Assembly (NCBI GenBank): GCA_020429915.1
Contig: JAGQKV010000005.1
Location: 136,279 to 200,278, forward strand
Reading direction: 5' to 3'
Length of the DNA stretch: 64,000 bases
DNA from: Candidatus Omnitrophota bacterium
GTDB lineage: Bacteria; Omnitrophota; Gorgyraeia; Zapsychrales; Zapsychraceae
Made by a program: the position numbers and the translations under genes. Position 1 is the first letter of the stretch. The number at the start of each line of letters is the position of its first letter. Of this stretch, positions 22,594-32,200 are shown piece by piece. The notes under the pieces were generated by a model. That model worked only from the letters and a program-made list of their open reading frames with translations, was not told where the DNA came from and searched no databases.

Positions 22594-22935
22594 ATGAAAG
22601 TGCTCAATCAGTCCAAAAATTCGGTTATTGCCGAGGATGCCACCTTGGCCGACACGTTCCCTTCACGCATGATCGGCTTGCTTAAGCATGACTCCCTCCG
22701 GAAGGGAGAAGGTCTTATCATAACGCATTGCAACTCCATCCATATGTTTTTCATGCGGTTTGCCATTGATGTCATATTTATCGACAAGGCGGACAAGGTC
22801 GTCGGCCTTGTCCCGAATATCCCTCCCAACCGGCTCAGTAAAATATACTTTTCTGCCGTTAAGGCCATCGAAGTTCCCGTAGGCGTCATTGGCGACTCCC
22901 GGACCGGGCTAGGCGATCAGCTTGTAATTCAATAA
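22594..22935 (+). CDS. DUF192 (COG1430) family protein
   Basis: 113 aa. The RMIGLL... and MFFMRFAIDVIFIDKADKVVGLV blocks are typical of DUF192. Confidence 0.6.
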   Translation: MKVLNQSKNSVIAEDATLADTFPSRMIGLLKHDSLRKGEGLIITHCNSIHMFFMRFAIDVIFIDKADKVVGLVPNIPPNRLSKIYFSAVKAIEVPVGVIGDSRTGLGDQLVIQ

Positions 22936-23007
22936 TCACATTGACCATTGTGGCCGCACTTGCTATACTAAAAGGCTTTATGTCCAATCTGAGGCTTAAG
23001 TGAGGCT

Positions 23008-24666
23008 ATGGGGGTTACGCATAAACTCAGTCCGGAAGTCCTGAACTACATTCTTCAGCAGAAGCAGTCTAATCCTGCGCTTGGCTGCCGCAAATTGGCA
23101 GAACTCGTCTCCGCGCATTTTCAAATCAATGTTTCTAAATCTTCTGTTAACAACGTCTTAAAGGATGCCAATCTAAGTAATTCTGTCGGCCGTCCCAGTA
23201 AAAAGGCCAAAGAGAAAATGAAAAAATTTCAGATACCGTCAGATAAAAAGCAGCAGATATCACAGGCGCTGCAGCAAATTCCGATACCAGAAAATGTCCA
23301 AAAACAAGAGGCGACGGAAGAGAACCCTTCCGAAAAGCAAGTAGCTGTCGCCGAGTTACAGCATCCGGCCCGGGATGTAGAATGGAGGGAGGTCATCGCC
23401 ATGAATAATGCAGGCGGTATGCTTTTGTTAGCTGCCTTTTATGAAAACATGGACGAGGCGCTTATGGGAGGTCTGCTCAATGACTATAATAGTTCACCGG
23501 ACAGGCGCCTATTCGAGAAGAAATGCAACGCCGCACTATTAATGTCCAGTTTGGACATTATTGAGTCCAATGAACGCGATATCCTGCTCCGGGAGCAGGC
23601 AAGTTTCGAGTTCAAAGTTAATGAACTGCAAGATCTTATGAATATTGCGACTACGGATATCGACCGCATTCTTTTGCAAACCAAGGTTGATTTGGAGCTT
23701 TCTCAATTAGCAAACACTGCCAGCGGGTTTGCCGTTTCTCTGGAGTCAGGAAAGGTGATCACAATGGATCCCTTTTTATCCATTGGGGGCCCGGGATCTG
23801 ATGCTTCGAATCCGACCGTTCCGATGAAGTCTGCCATCGACAAACTTTCCGAGGAGTTGTTGGTAAACAACCAGCCGCTGCTGTTCACCCGGACTGAAGC
23901 TGCGGATCCAGCGGATGCCGTTGCGTTGATGGCGGCTTTTTTCGGAATTGATGGCTACAAGTTGAATAATATTAGCATATTAGGCGATAACGGATTGCCG
24001 CAGCTTGAATTTACTTACATCACGGAGAAACAGCGGCGTTTTGTGTACGGGATTTACCAAAAGGATGAAGATTTTTCCCATTATGTTAAGGCCTCCCAGT
24101 GGGCGGAGCGAAGTTCCTATGTGGATCGGCAGGGCAAGAATTGGGAGTACAGTGTTACCAGGACGGATTACATGGGTTCTCAGATTTCGGGATTCTCGGA
24201 TGATTTGTGCGTGGTCACAGTCTGGTCGGCCGGCGACACCAATCCGCTATTGGCCATGGTGACCAATTCGATGGATGATCATAAACTACTGTCAGACAGA
24301 TACTTATCGTATTTTGTTCAAGGCAGGTCACGGGTGTGGCATGATGTCGGCTCTCATATTGGTGCCGTGGAAGCTGTGGGGGAAGAATTTAACTGTCTGG
24401 GCGATGTATTCCGAAAATTCGCCCAATTTTTATCGTTGTTCGTGGCTCGCGAGTATTTGGGGGGGGGCGGCGATCCCGAAACGTGCAGCAAGGTATGTAC
24501 AACGCCGGGGTCATTACTACAGGGTAAGGCGATAGCCGAAGTCTGTTTGCGGACGGGAGGACTGGATGATGGGCTTGTCAAAATACTGAATAAATGTGTA
24601 GAAATTGTGAATATGCGAAAAATTTACGACCGTCAGCACCGATTATTAAGGTTTATTGCGATATAG
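23008..24666 (+). CDS. 552-aa protein with an N-terminal IS630/Tc1-like HTH (GRPSKK motif); remainder unknown
   Basis: N-terminus KLAELVSAHFQINVSKSSVNNVLKDANLSNSVGRPSKK resembles the transposase N-terminal HTH with its GRP(R/S)K motif. No DDE triad was recognised and no terminal inverted repeats were seen. Confidence 0.5.
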   Translation: MGVTHKLSPEVLNYILQQKQSNPALGCRKLAELVSAHFQINVSKSSVNNVLKDANLSNSVGRPSKKAKEKMKKFQIPSDKKQQISQALQQIPIPENVQKQEATEENPSEKQVAVAELQHPARDVEWREVIAMNNAGGMLLLAAFYENMDEALMGGLLNDYNSSPDRRLFEKKCNAALLMSSLDIIESNERDILLREQASFEFKVNELQDLMNIATTDIDRILLQTKVDLELSQLANTASGFAVSLESGKVITMDPFLSIGGPGSDASNPTVPMKSAIDKLSEELLVNNQPLLFTRTEAADPADAVALMAAFFGIDGYKLNNISILGDNGLPQLEFTYITEKQRRFVYGIYQKDEDFSHYVKASQWAERSSYVDRQGKNWEYSVTRTDYMGSQISGFSDDLCVVTVWSAGDTNPLLAMVTNSMDDHKLLSDRYLSYFVQGRSRVWHDVGSHIGAVEAVGEEFNCLGDVFRKFAQFLSLFVAREYLGGGGDPETCSKVCTTPGSLLQGKAIAEVCLRTGGLDDGLVKILNKCVEIVNMRKIYDRQHRLLRFIAI

Positions 24667-24699
24667 TTGTTAATTTTCCTTGAAACGGCGTATATTTCC

Positions 24700-24727
24700 T
24701 TGACAGCAGGCCGTCTCGTGTTATACT
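24700..24727 (+). promoter_or_regulatory. Near-consensus sigma70 promoter TTGACA-16-TATACT
   Basis: Perfect -35 hexamer, 5/6 -10 hexamer, 16-nt spacer. Lies 335 nt upstream of the first pilin gene. Confidence 0.45.
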
Positions 24728-24858
24728 TGTAAGGCTTTACGCATATATATATATTAAGGCCCGAATCGGGGGGCTTGATGCCTAGTATGATCCTAATTAA
24801 CAGTGTCGGTTATTTTCGCAACGATTGTTCATTGATACCGTTGTCATTACCATATACT

Positions 24859-24887
24859 GCCTCTATACTTAAATAGAGGCTTTTTTA
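24859..24887 (+). terminator. Intrinsic terminator-like hairpin in the pilin leader
   Basis: GCCTCTA-tacttaaa-TAGAGGC followed by TTTTTTATT. It sits between the promoter at 24700 and the pilin ATG at 25062. Confidence 0.5.
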
Positions 24888-25061
24888 TTGAGTTGTACAC
24901 ACCCTTGGGGTGTTTTATCCTTCGCAACCGGGCGATAACCGGTTGTGAAGTGTCGTTCCCGGAGCATTGGAGACGGGCACGACAATATAGCTCTCAGGAT
25001 TCTGTCGATCTGTATCAATGATGAGAGCGAGGTTATCTGTCCAGTACGTAAGGTGGTTACG

Positions 25062-25229
25062 ATGAGGCTAATGCAGAAAGTCGTTAGGAACAGAAAAGGT
25101 CAGAGCATACTAGAATATGCCATCATCGCAACTATTGTGGCGGCAGCAGCCATTGCCATGAGTACCTACGTATTTCGGTCGGTTCAAGCAACCCAACAGA
25201 TAATTCTTCAGGAATCCAGAAATCAGTAA
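25062..25229 (+). CDS. Flp/Epd-like pilin 1 (55 aa, likely major pilin)
   Basis: MRLMQKVVRNRKG|QSILEY plus a hydrophobic helix. SD AAGGTGG lies 7 nt upstream. The track ORF is 5'-extended beyond the real start. Confidence 0.75.
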   Translation: MRLMQKVVRNRKGQSILEYAIIATIVAAAAIAMSTYVFRSVQATQQIILQESRNQ

Positions 25230-25290
25230 CCTAGTGACGTATTTTTGCTAGGGCTTTATCCTAAGGTGAACTTTTTTAAGGAGGAAGACA

Positions 25291-25512
25291 ATGCTTAAAA
25301 GGAATATAGCAATTAATGCTAAAAAGAAAAAGAAAGGTCAGAGTACCATTGAGTATATCATCTTGGTCGCTGCCGTTTTGGCCGCTCTATTGGTCTTCTT
25401 GGGACCGGGTGGTATCTTCCGTACGGCTTTTAACAATACACTGTCTACAGGTACCAATGGTATGGAGGACATGGCCAACCGTCTGCAATCATCACGGCCG
25501 ACTAGCAATTAA
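25291..25512 (+). CDS. Flp/Epd-like pilin 2 (73 aa)
   Basis: KKKKKG|QSTIEYIILVAAVLAALLVF, with SD AAGGAGG. Confidence 0.75.
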   Translation: MLKRNIAINAKKKKKGQSTIEYIILVAAVLAALLVFLGPGGIFRTAFNNTLSTGTNGMEDMANRLQSSRPTSN

Positions 25513-25559
25513 TGTCCGATAACTCAATGTTTGGTATGAATCAATAGGAGGATAAATAA

Positions 25560-25919
25560 ATGTTTAGAAAGTTGCTGAAAAACAAGAAGGCGCAAAATAC
25601 CGCCGAGTATGCAATCCTTATTTCATTGGTTGTAGCCGGTATTATTGCGATGCAAACGTATGCACAGCGTGCTCTACAAGCACGTGTACGTGACGCTGGA
25701 CAGTACCTGGCATCACAATCAGCTGCCCTGGGTAACACGAACCAGTACGAACCGTACTATCTGACAACTAACTACCTCGTGAGTTCTAACTCCGCGCAGA
25801 CACAGTTGTTGGATAACCAGACCATCCGTACTGAGTTGGATAACAACAGAACTCGTGCTTCTGGTGGTTTCCAGACATCAGCGTATGACACTTCATTGGG
25901 TCTAATTCAGGGGCTGTAA
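25560..25919 (+). CDS. Pilin-like protein 3 (119 aa, Ala at -1, QYEPYY motif)
   Basis: KNKKA|QNTAEYAILISLVVAGIIAM, with SD AGGAGG. Confidence 0.7.
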   Translation: MFRKLLKNKKAQNTAEYAILISLVVAGIIAMQTYAQRALQARVRDAGQYLASQSAALGNTNQYEPYYLTTNYLVSSNSAQTQLLDNQTIRTELDNNRTRASGGFQTSAYDTSLGLIQGL

Positions 25920-25983
25920 TCAGAAGATAGAGGTTTAATCCCTCTGAGATATCCTCAGAGGATTAAGTTAGGAGGATATATCA

Positions 25984-26310
25984 ATGCTTAAGTACTTCAA
26001 CAAAAGAAAGAAAAAAGGTCAGAGTACGTTGGAATACGCTATTCTGATTATCATTATTATCGGTGCGCTGTTGTCAATCCAGGTCTACATCAAGCGTGGT
26101 GTTCAAGGCCGTTTGAAGGGCGCTGCTGATGACATCGGTGATCAGTTCTCTAACGGAAACACGAATGTCGTCAAGAAAATGATCACTTCTTCTCAAACAC
26201 GTGACACATTCGCATCAGGTGTGACTGCATCCACTTTGACTCAGGATGAAGTCACGCTGGAAATCATGAACTCTGACGTTATGAATCTTAACCAAGAGTT
26301 CTGGGGATAA
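25984..26310 (+). CDS. Pilin-like protein 4 (108 aa, RGVQGRLKG motif)
   Basis: KRKKKG|QSTLEYAILIIIIIGALLSI, with SD AGGAGG. Confidence 0.7.
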   Translation: MLKYFNKRKKKGQSTLEYAILIIIIIGALLSIQVYIKRGVQGRLKGAADDIGDQFSNGNTNVVKKMITSSQTRDTFASGVTASTLTQDEVTLEIMNSDVMNLNQEFWG

Positions 26311-26349
26311 TAAGTATTGTGTAATATAATCACAATATGAAAATTCCTT

Positions 26350-26405
26350 AAACAAAACATGGCTTATTCGGGGGGATTTCTTCTCGGGTAAGCCATGTTT
26401 TGTTT
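26350..26405 (+). terminator. 17-bp stem hairpin after pilin gene 4 (terminator or mRNA stabiliser)
   Basis: AAACAAAACATGGCTTA pairs with TAAGCCATGTTTTGTTT across a 22-nt loop, followed by T-rich sequence. A TATAAT box at about 26459 lies downstream. Confidence 0.5.
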
Positions 26406-26497
26406 ATGTTTGTTAATATCTGCTGGCGACTGACCTTGGTGATTTGGCACCAATTGCGCTATAATATAGTAAGAACGCAATGCCCATAAGGATTCGC

Positions 26498-26893
26498 ATG
26501 CTACGAAAAATACCAAAAATCAGGATCACCGGTCAAAGGGGGCAGATGATTGCCAGCGAGTACGTTATTACGTTATTTATAGTTGTGGCTGTTATCTCAG
26601 GTCTTTCCGTTTTTTTCCGGCGGGCCGTACAGGGGCGTATCCGGGACGCCCATAACAGCATGCTCAATATAGTTCGGGATCGTATTGGGTCTCAATATGC
26701 GGGCAATAGCGTCTACATTCAGTATGAACCGTACTACCGCATTACCGATTCTGAATCGACTGTGGCCAACAACAATCAGAAGCAGGTACTTCCTTCATAC
26801 CCCTTATCTTCGGGGCTTTACCGGTCGAACCCGAATGAACAGTCACTGAGAATATCGAATACGACGACACTACCACCTGTAAATGCGGATTAA
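26498..26893 (+). CDS. Pilin-like protein 5 (about 131 aa, QYEPYY motif)
   Basis: Start chosen at the ATG with SD AAGGA (MLRKIPKIRITGQRGQMIASEYVITLFIVVAV). The track ORF begins at 26480 without an SD. Confidence 0.6.
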   Translation: MLRKIPKIRITGQRGQMIASEYVITLFIVVAVISGLSVFFRRAVQGRIRDAHNSMLNIVRDRIGSQYAGNSVYIQYEPYYRITDSESTVANNNQKQVLPSYPLSSGLYRSNPNEQSLRISNTTTLPPVNAD

Positions 26894-26895
26894 CT

Positions 26896-27240
26896 ATGCT
26901 TAAGAGTCTCGCCAAAAACAAAGAAGCACAGTCCATGATTGAGTATACTACTATACTTATCACTGTTATGGCGGTAATCGCGGCTATGAGTACCCTTGTT
27001 CGCCGTTCGTCGCAAGGTTGGATTAAGTTGGTGGCTGACCAGATCGGCGTGCAAAATCTTGCAGACCAAAGCTTTAACGACCTGAGGCAGGCGCAACTGG
27101 ATTCCAGCTACTCGCTTGTTCGATCTGATACCTCGAAAAGTACCTTAGAAACGGCCGGGATTATCAACTATATTTTTGATGACGCCGTTCGTACCGACGG
27201 AAATCAGTCCATTAATCTGGGGATCGTGCCGGAGCCCTAA
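26896..27240 (+). CDS. Pilin-like protein 6 (114 aa, Ala at -1)
   Basis: KNKEA|QSMIEYTTILITVMAVIAAM. Confidence 0.7.
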   Translation: MLKSLAKNKEAQSMIEYTTILITVMAVIAAMSTLVRRSSQGWIKLVADQIGVQNLADQSFNDLRQAQLDSSYSLVRSDTSKSTLETAGIINYIFDDAVRTDGNQSINLGIVPEP

Positions 27241-27258
27241 TACCTGCGAGGATAGATT

Positions 27259-27582
27259 ATGCTTAAGGTGTTGAAAATAAAAAACAAAGGACAATCAGCG
27301 ATAGAGTATTCGGTAATCCTGATTGTCCTTATGGGGGCCTTTTTGGCTTCGGCGAATTACTTTAAGCGGGGCGTTCAGGGCCGATGGAAGGAGTCCACAG
27401 ACTCATTGGGAGATCAGTATGATCCGCGGACATCAAATGGGCTGATCATCCATCGTTTGATCTCTAACCAAGCCACAGCCCTTACCGCTATTAGTACGCC
27501 TCAAGGATTGCAAACCACCAGACAGGATCAAACCAACTCATTGGAGCTAAAAAGCGGTTCTATCAACGTGGGAGCCTATTAA
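27259..27582 (+). CDS. Pilin-like protein 7 (107 aa, RGVQGRWK motif)
   Basis: KNKG|QSAIEYSVILIVLMGAFLA. Confidence 0.7.
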   Translation: MLKVLKIKNKGQSAIEYSVILIVLMGAFLASANYFKRGVQGRWKESTDSLGDQYDPRTSNGLIIHRLISNQATALTAISTPQGLQTTRQDQTNSLELKSGSINVGAY

Positions 27583-27603
27583 CTTGCCAAAGGGGCAACG
27601 GAC

Positions 27604-28896
27604 ATGAATCCGACGGTCGGATCAAAAAAGCATAGCAAGGCTCAAACCGCAATAGAGTTGGCGGTTTTCGGTTCTGTTATTATTTTTCTGATGGGGTTGA
27701 TTGTCCGAGCGGTGCTTGGGACGTCTTATCAACAAGGCAGCCAATTAAAGGCGCTCCGTCTGGCCATGTTGACCTCCTTTGAGTATAGCGAAGGGATCAA
27801 GGCGCCGCCGGGAGATTGGCGGGATGGAACGACCTCCCGTAACGCCGCATCTGTTTTAATCATCGAAGACCGGCTTTCAGCATCTTCCGCAAAATTCGCC
27901 ACGGTGGACCGGACGCCGATTTTATCTCAAGGAACCGCTACGCATTCGCGGAACTTATTCATGCCGGTGGAAATAGGTGAGTACGCCAATATTCCCATCG
28001 CAGATTTCTTCGTCAATGGTGTACATATTCCATTAACCTTAGGAGGGTTTGTGACCCACCCGTTGGATGACGTTGTTTTCCGGCAACGATTTAACCATGA
28101 GGCCACCGATTTTCGGCAATGCAGCGGGAACGTAAATTCGGTGTTCGAAGTCGTGAACGGAACGACTTGGTATCGCTTCGATCTGGATCACAGCGGCGGC
28201 GTGCCCAATGACGGGGTGGATGACACCAACTGTGACGATTTTTTCTGGCAGTGGCATGCCGGAGATCCCAGCCGGATTGATCCCGAGACCGGCGAGTGGA
28301 CAAACGTCGATGTGGATGCTGATGGTTACCCCGAACAGGTCTTGAGGGTAAACGGGGCTGCCAGCGTTACCACGTTGGATTATCAGGAAGGCGATATATA
28401 TTTCTCCAATGATCCGTCTGTCCCGGCGCCGGGATTCGGAAATCAGGAGGTCCAGATGTTTACGTTCTCCGACAATCCCCTGGGCACGGGCGACGGCGTA
28501 GGCACCTATTTGCGGGTAGATGAGGGGCGGTTATTTTCCCCGCTGACGGGACGGTACGCTCGGGATGCCCAGCGCAAGGACTCCGTAGACATCATCCAGC
28601 GAACGTTGCAATTGACCAAAAACACGGAAAGATTCTGTACTAATGCCGGAGTGTTAGTCACGGCCGGAACACCGGAGGGGAATCGGGCCGGATGGACGGC
28701 AGCGACCCCTAATCCTGTGGAAGTATGTTGTAGTGGCAGCGGATGTTGTTTTGGTCCGGTTACCATAACCCAGACTTGTATGGTGTATGATCAGCCGTAT
28801 CCGCTCATTTATGTGCGGAGTAGAATCGTGGATAAGCACGGCCGGAAGTATATTACACCGACCGACTCCGATCCGGTTGTAAACTTCACACGATAA
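27604..28896 (+). CDS. TadE-like pseudopilin with large C-terminal domain (430 aa)
   Basis: SKA|QTAIELAVFGSVIIFLMGLIVRAVLG matches the TadE-type N-terminus. The C-terminal region contains CCSGSGCC. Confidence 0.65.
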   Translation: MNPTVGSKKHSKAQTAIELAVFGSVIIFLMGLIVRAVLGTSYQQGSQLKALRLAMLTSFEYSEGIKAPPGDWRDGTTSRNAASVLIIEDRLSASSAKFATVDRTPILSQGTATHSRNLFMPVEIGEYANIPIADFFVNGVHIPLTLGGFVTHPLDDVVFRQRFNHEATDFRQCSGNVNSVFEVVNGTTWYRFDLDHSGGVPNDGVDDTNCDDFFWQWHAGDPSRIDPETGEWTNVDVDADGYPEQVLRVNGAASVTTLDYQEGDIYFSNDPSVPAPGFGNQEVQMFTFSDNPLGTGDGVGTYLRVDEGRLFSPLTGRYARDAQRKDSVDIIQRTLQLTKNTERFCTNAGVLVTAGTPEGNRAGWTAATPNPVEVCCSGSGCCFGPVTITQTCMVYDQPYPLIYVRSRIVDKHGRKYITPTDSDPVVNFTR

Positions 28897-28950
28897 GAAG
28901 TATTGTCGAAAAGAGTTTGTATGTATAATGGTAAAGGCAGGTGATGCAAG

Positions 28951-29247
28951 ATGTTGAAAACTCAGTGCAGAAAGGCCGCCAAATCACGTGGACAGACCAT
29001 GATCGAATTCACGTTTTGTATGATTATCGTATTTTTGATGATTTACTCTATCACCAAGGTTTTTGAATGGTCTGGTCGGGAACTGGTGTCGCGGAGAGTG
29101 GGACATACGTCCCGGTTAACGACTTCAGGCGGGGGCCTTACCCGAAGTTATACCTCCGCCGCCGATAGTGAGCAAATAGCCCAAATATCCCCGTTTTATT
29201 CTTCCGGGGTCGACATGAATGCCGTTTGGCGAGGCGGGGTTAACTAG
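28951..29247 (+). CDS. TadE-like minor pilin (98 aa)
   Basis: KSRG|QTMIEFTFCMIIVFLMIYSI. Confidence 0.6.
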   Translation: MLKTQCRKAAKSRGQTMIEFTFCMIIVFLMIYSITKVFEWSGRELVSRRVGHTSRLTTSGGGLTRSYTSAADSEQIAQISPFYSSGVDMNAVWRGGVN

Positions 29248-29251
29248 AATA

Positions 29252-32200
29252 ATGACCAAATTTCTTCACAATCTCCAGCGTTCGAAAAAAGGTCAGGTGG
29301 CCGTCGTAATACTGTTGATTGTGGCCTTTGCCCTCATTTTTTATGCCGCTACGTTGAATCTGGGTCGCATCGGGCAAAACAAAGTGGTTACGCAGATCGG
29401 CGCCGCGCAAGGGGCATCCGCATTGGCCTCGGCCATGGCCAGTTACGGGCAATCCCTGTTTATGCAACAATTGGGCGGCCGCCAGAAGAAATGCCAGTCT
29501 TCCGGGCTGTTGGGGGCCATTTTGGGATTTGTTTTGGCCGTCGTTCTTACCATATTTCTCTGGGAAGCGGCACCCGCCACCATGCAGCTCGCCGCCCAGG
29601 CCCTTTTGGTCATCGGGACGGTCCTGGCGGCCACAAGTCTAGTCCTACAAATTACCGTCATACAACCGGGTATTACCAGTGCGTGGAACAGCCTAGCAGC
29701 GGATCTCTTGCCGCTTGTGGACCAGTTTATGGAAAATGCGCTACGGGGTGCGCTGCAAAGTGCGACCTCAGACCCGGTTCAGGTTCCTGACCTGAACGAT
29801 ATGGATCTGGACGGGTCGTTCGGTTTGGATGCGGTGACCAGTGAGGCGATCGACAACATATCCCGGTTCAGTCTGTACTATGCCCAGATATTTGACGGTA
29901 TTACGGTCAACTTTATCCCCGAAGCAGAGAATTTTCAGGTGGCCCTTCAGGATTTTGTCTACCAGTTGCCTCCCGTAGGTCCGAACACCACGGCCGGGGG
30001 ACTTCCCGCCACCTGTGGTGCTGCTCCGGCCTGCGGACCCGATCAGGAATGTGTCGATGTGGAAACCGCCCCCGTTTGTGTCCCGGCATGGGGGCTTTGG
30101 GATCCTCTCCCCGAGTATTTTGTCCCCGGGCCCATTCGGCCGCCACCAATTGATGTTATCTATCCATTTACGATACCACAAGATTTGACGCACCCGTGCT
30201 TTAGTGATCCTGCGAACGTACCATCGGTGTGTAATCCGTGTTGTCTTCCGTTAACGACACCTGACCCCAGGGGACCTTCCTTCGGTCAGCTGAGGGCTAG
30301 GCCCGGTTGTTGCGAGTGTTCTACCCTGCCCTCCGTCATCACCATTCCGGACCCCACCGACCCGACCGGTGTAGCGACGATAGATGTGTTTAATCCGGAT
30401 TTCTGTACCGTGGACGGATGTATTGATGCGTGTGGCGGCCCGTTGCAATGCCCTGTAAACGCGGCATCGCGGGCCTGTTGTGATGCTTGCGGGGATATTA
30501 CCCAGGAATGTGGAACGTCAGCCACCTGTCAGGCCCTCAGCCCCTACGGATTCACCGAGCCCACACTGGGAACCTTTTACGCGTGGGTCTATAACGCCTA
30601 TGAAGAAAATTGGGAAAACTCGTTCCGGTCCTTCCGTGAGCAACTCGGCCGGGATGATGAGCACCGTCTGTATTTCAAGGATTCCAGCAACCCCAATTGG
30701 GCGCCACAATTTGCCCCGCCTTGGCTGGGAAGTCGGTTTTATGCGGACGACTCGACTGGTTTTTATATCGGTCTTCCGGTCGTTCCTCCGGCTGTCGGGG
30801 AAAACCGGCGTGGCGTCTTTCCATTTTTATGGAAGATTACAACGTGGGGGTATGATCTGGATGATTTAACCACGCCCGATCCTACGGATGTGGATCCCAT
30901 TGATGATCCGTTTGACCAACGCTGTAAGTGGTGCGATGAAAATCGCGGGGTGGTTTGTGATCCGCGTCTGCCGTATCAGATGGTACAGTTAAATTTACCC
31001 TTTGATCCCACAACTCTAACTATTTACCCAACATACTGCGTCGACACCTATATTGATAACGTCAGTCTGATCCCATCAGGGGGATCGCTTGAATATCCTG
31101 CCGCGACGTGTGTCGATCCGGATACGTATGCAGGAAACGCATTTTGGAAGCGGGGCGCCGACCGGTTCTGTTCGGAAGGCGACATTGGCGGGGATTCTGC
31201 CTGGCCATATGAAAGCCAGTGTCCGAAATATACGGATGGTGGCTGTTTCCTGGATCCAAACGGCAACGGGGTGGCTGACTGTCCGGCAGAGTGCGACACG
31301 AACGGCAACGCGATTCCGGCCCTCTGCCAGTGTGGCGATCCCTCGGCGACGGATCCTTTGCTCGTACGCGGGGATCTCTTCCCGGAAGATGTATTGGATG
31401 AGCTCATATATGGTTTGACCGCGTTTTTTGACGATGCCAACGCATTTCTTGCCAGGGGACGGGCGAACATCGCTATTGATTTTGAGAATTGGTTTAACGA
31501 CTGGCAGGCCTGGATTGACCCCGGTCCATGGGCCAATCAAGCCGATGTGCTCGGCGATCCGGCTTATCCCAATCCTTATCCGGACTGCTACCCTTGGGAT
31601 ACCGACTATGACCCATCAACGCCCGACGTCTGCCAATCGGAGCCCGGGCAACTGTATTATTGGCTGCGTAACATCAATTTGATTCATGATGAACTTATTG
31701 AGATCAAGGAGACAAGCCATGCCGGCGTCAACTGTAACCGGGACCCGTGGTGCGTTCCCATTGCCGGTTGTGCAGATGTATCCGCATTTGAAGAGGTTAC
31801 ATTCGATTATAATGCCAATGGCATCAACGGCGATGTCGAAGACATCATCGCATGTCTGACATTCAATGTGGATGGCTACGACTACGCTTGTAACGGCGGC
31901 GTTCCAGACGCTACGTGTCTGAGGGCTACGGGAGACCGACAGGGGAACGATTTCCGTTATGCCAATTGTATGTTGTCCTGTTCAGCCGCGGCATGTACCA
32001 ATTTGCCGCGGTCTGTGTTGGCGCCCGCAACTTACGATCCGAACGCATATGTAGCGGCAAACGTCCTGGACGAACCGGATATGTCGGCCATGCTCTTGTG
32101 TGTCCACAGCTGTGGTAATCCCACTTGCACCGCCTTGCCCGCAAACCGGAGTTCAGACGGGACGCCGTACGTTTATACGGCTACGCCGCCGCCGGCCTTT

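Noticed and set aside
24945-25061. 5' extension of the first pilin ORF in the track (MKCRSRSIGD...).
   Set aside because: No SD, and it overlaps the leader hairpins. The internal ATG at 25062 has a strong SD and gives the conserved short Lys-rich leader.
29219-29251. Track start of the 1317-aa ORF, overlapping the preceding gene.
   Set aside because: The ATG at 29252 directly follows the upstream stop and yields the TadG-type N-terminus.
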